NCBI RefSeq assembly: GCF_003367075.2
Contig: NZ_CP065936.1
Location: 300,001-332,000, forward strand
Length of the DNA stretch: 32,000 nucleotides
From: Cylindrospermopsis raciborskii Cr2010
GTDB taxonomy: Bacteria; Cyanobacteriota; Cyanobacteriia; Cyanobacteriales; Nostocaceae
Direction of reading: 5' to 3'
Both the position numbers and the translations under genes were made by a program. Under the pieces are notes generated by a model. The model saw nothing but the letters and a program-made list of their open reading frames with translations. It was not told the DNA's origin and did no database searches. This document shows, in pieces, positions 30,225 to 32,000 of this stretch. Each line of letters starts with the position of its first letter. The first letter of the stretch is position 1.

Positions 30225-30374
30225 ATGAGTGCTACTCCCTATACCACAGAACAAATCGCAGGCGGAAAACTTCCTGCGAACAGCAGGTGGCGATCGCAAT
30301 TAGTTGGGTTACGTTTCCGCGCTTTGTCCTATCTTGCAGATGATTGTCAGGAGGATATTTCCAAATACATCTAG
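30225..30374 (+). CDS. Possible 49-aa ORF or gene remnant (not in the ORF track)
   Basis: ATG at 30225, TAG at 30372-30374: MSATPYTTEQIAGGKLPANSRWRSQLVGLRFRALSYLADDCQEDISKYI*. No recognised family. Confidence 0.25.
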   Translation: MSATPYTTEQIAGGKLPANSRWRSQLVGLRFRALSYLADDCQEDISKYI

Positions 30375-30386
30375 AGATGGCTATAA

Positions 30387-31454
<1,068 letters not shown>

Positions 31455-31626
31455 GAACGAAAAAATATGGATGGTAGATCAACATCACCCACCCCGAACA
31501 AACCCTAGACACCTCACGGAAGCAAGGCGGTCAAGCTCTGGAGATATCTAGGAGCAACAACTTGCTATTGTTTATATACTATTGGTAGTGTTAAGAGTGC
31601 CGAGATTTTTATAGTTTGTCCTCTGA

Positions 31627-31917
31627 CTATCCTTTGGAGTGTCCTTTCCTTGGTCTATTCTCCCTATTATTCTCCTCTTTTGGTTTAGCTTTGTTCACTC
31701 TTAGTTGACGACCCATCCATTCTGCACCGTCCAATTCTGATATGGCAGCATCTTCTTGTGCATCTTCGTTCATTTCAACAAAAGCGAACCCGCGCATCTT
31801 TCCTGTTTCGCGGTCAGTAGGTAAAACAACTCTTTTTACCTCGCCATAATCTGCAAACACGGCTTTTAAGTCTGCTTCAGTTGCGCGGTAAGAGAGATTT
31901 CCAATGTAGATAGTCAT
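31627..31917 (-). CDS. RRM-type RNA-binding protein (cyanobacterial Rbp family)
   Basis: 96 aa with RNP2 IYIGNL and RNP1 RGFAFVEM, followed by a short basic tail KEENNRENRPRKGHSKG. Confidence 0.93.
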   Translation of the reverse strand: MTIYIGNLSYRATEADLKAVFADYGEVKRVVLPTDRETGKMRGFAFVEMNEDAQEDAAISELDGAEWMGRQLRVNKAKPKEENNRENRPRKGHSKG

Positions 31918-32000
31918 TGTGAGTCACGTAATTTTCAACAAAGGGGGATGGTTAGTAAAAAAATGCAACTTGGCAATTTTTTAGCGTTGGTTTGTGGACA

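Noticed and set aside
31470-31610. Possible peptide EQTLDTSRKQGGQALEISRSNN in the obgE-rbp spacer
   Set aside because: No start codon context, neighbouring frames closed and no recognised family. It is insufficient to call a remnant.

Overview
This window is almost certainly cyanobacterial chromosome, probably from a filamentous Nostocales such as Raphidiopsis/Cylindrospermopsis or Anabaena-like taxa. The evidence is about 21 HIP1 octamers (GCGATCGC), the presence of raf1, psaX, flv1/flv3 and cyanobacterial-type hfq, and AT-rich intergenic DNA. Most of it is ordinary core metabolism: menG, larE, a branched-chain amino acid permease (natD/livH type), hemL, hisIE, hemE, ldcA-like, aroC, dapF, a KefB-like antiporter, thiS and obgE. 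A small accessory patch at about 2.5-6.4 kb holds a PD-(D/E)XK-like ORF, an Uma2 protein, an N-terminally truncated RecG/AlbA_2-family fragment and a DUF29 protein. I found no convincing new multigene system, CRISPR array, tRNA or intact mobile element. The points most worth a second look are: (1) a decayed tnpB 3' end followed by an omegaRNA/right-end-like hairpin at 9284-9420; (2) photosystem I psaX at 13329-13445, hidden inside an over-extended ORF; (3) short ORFs missing from the 60-aa track, especially a 35-aa single-TM ORF at 24981-25088; (4) the flv3-flv1 pair, where Flv1 has lost metal ligands; (5) an orphan GCS2-like protein next to thiS; and (6) a predicted nuclease-fold gene between raf1 and a UvrD-like helicase gene.
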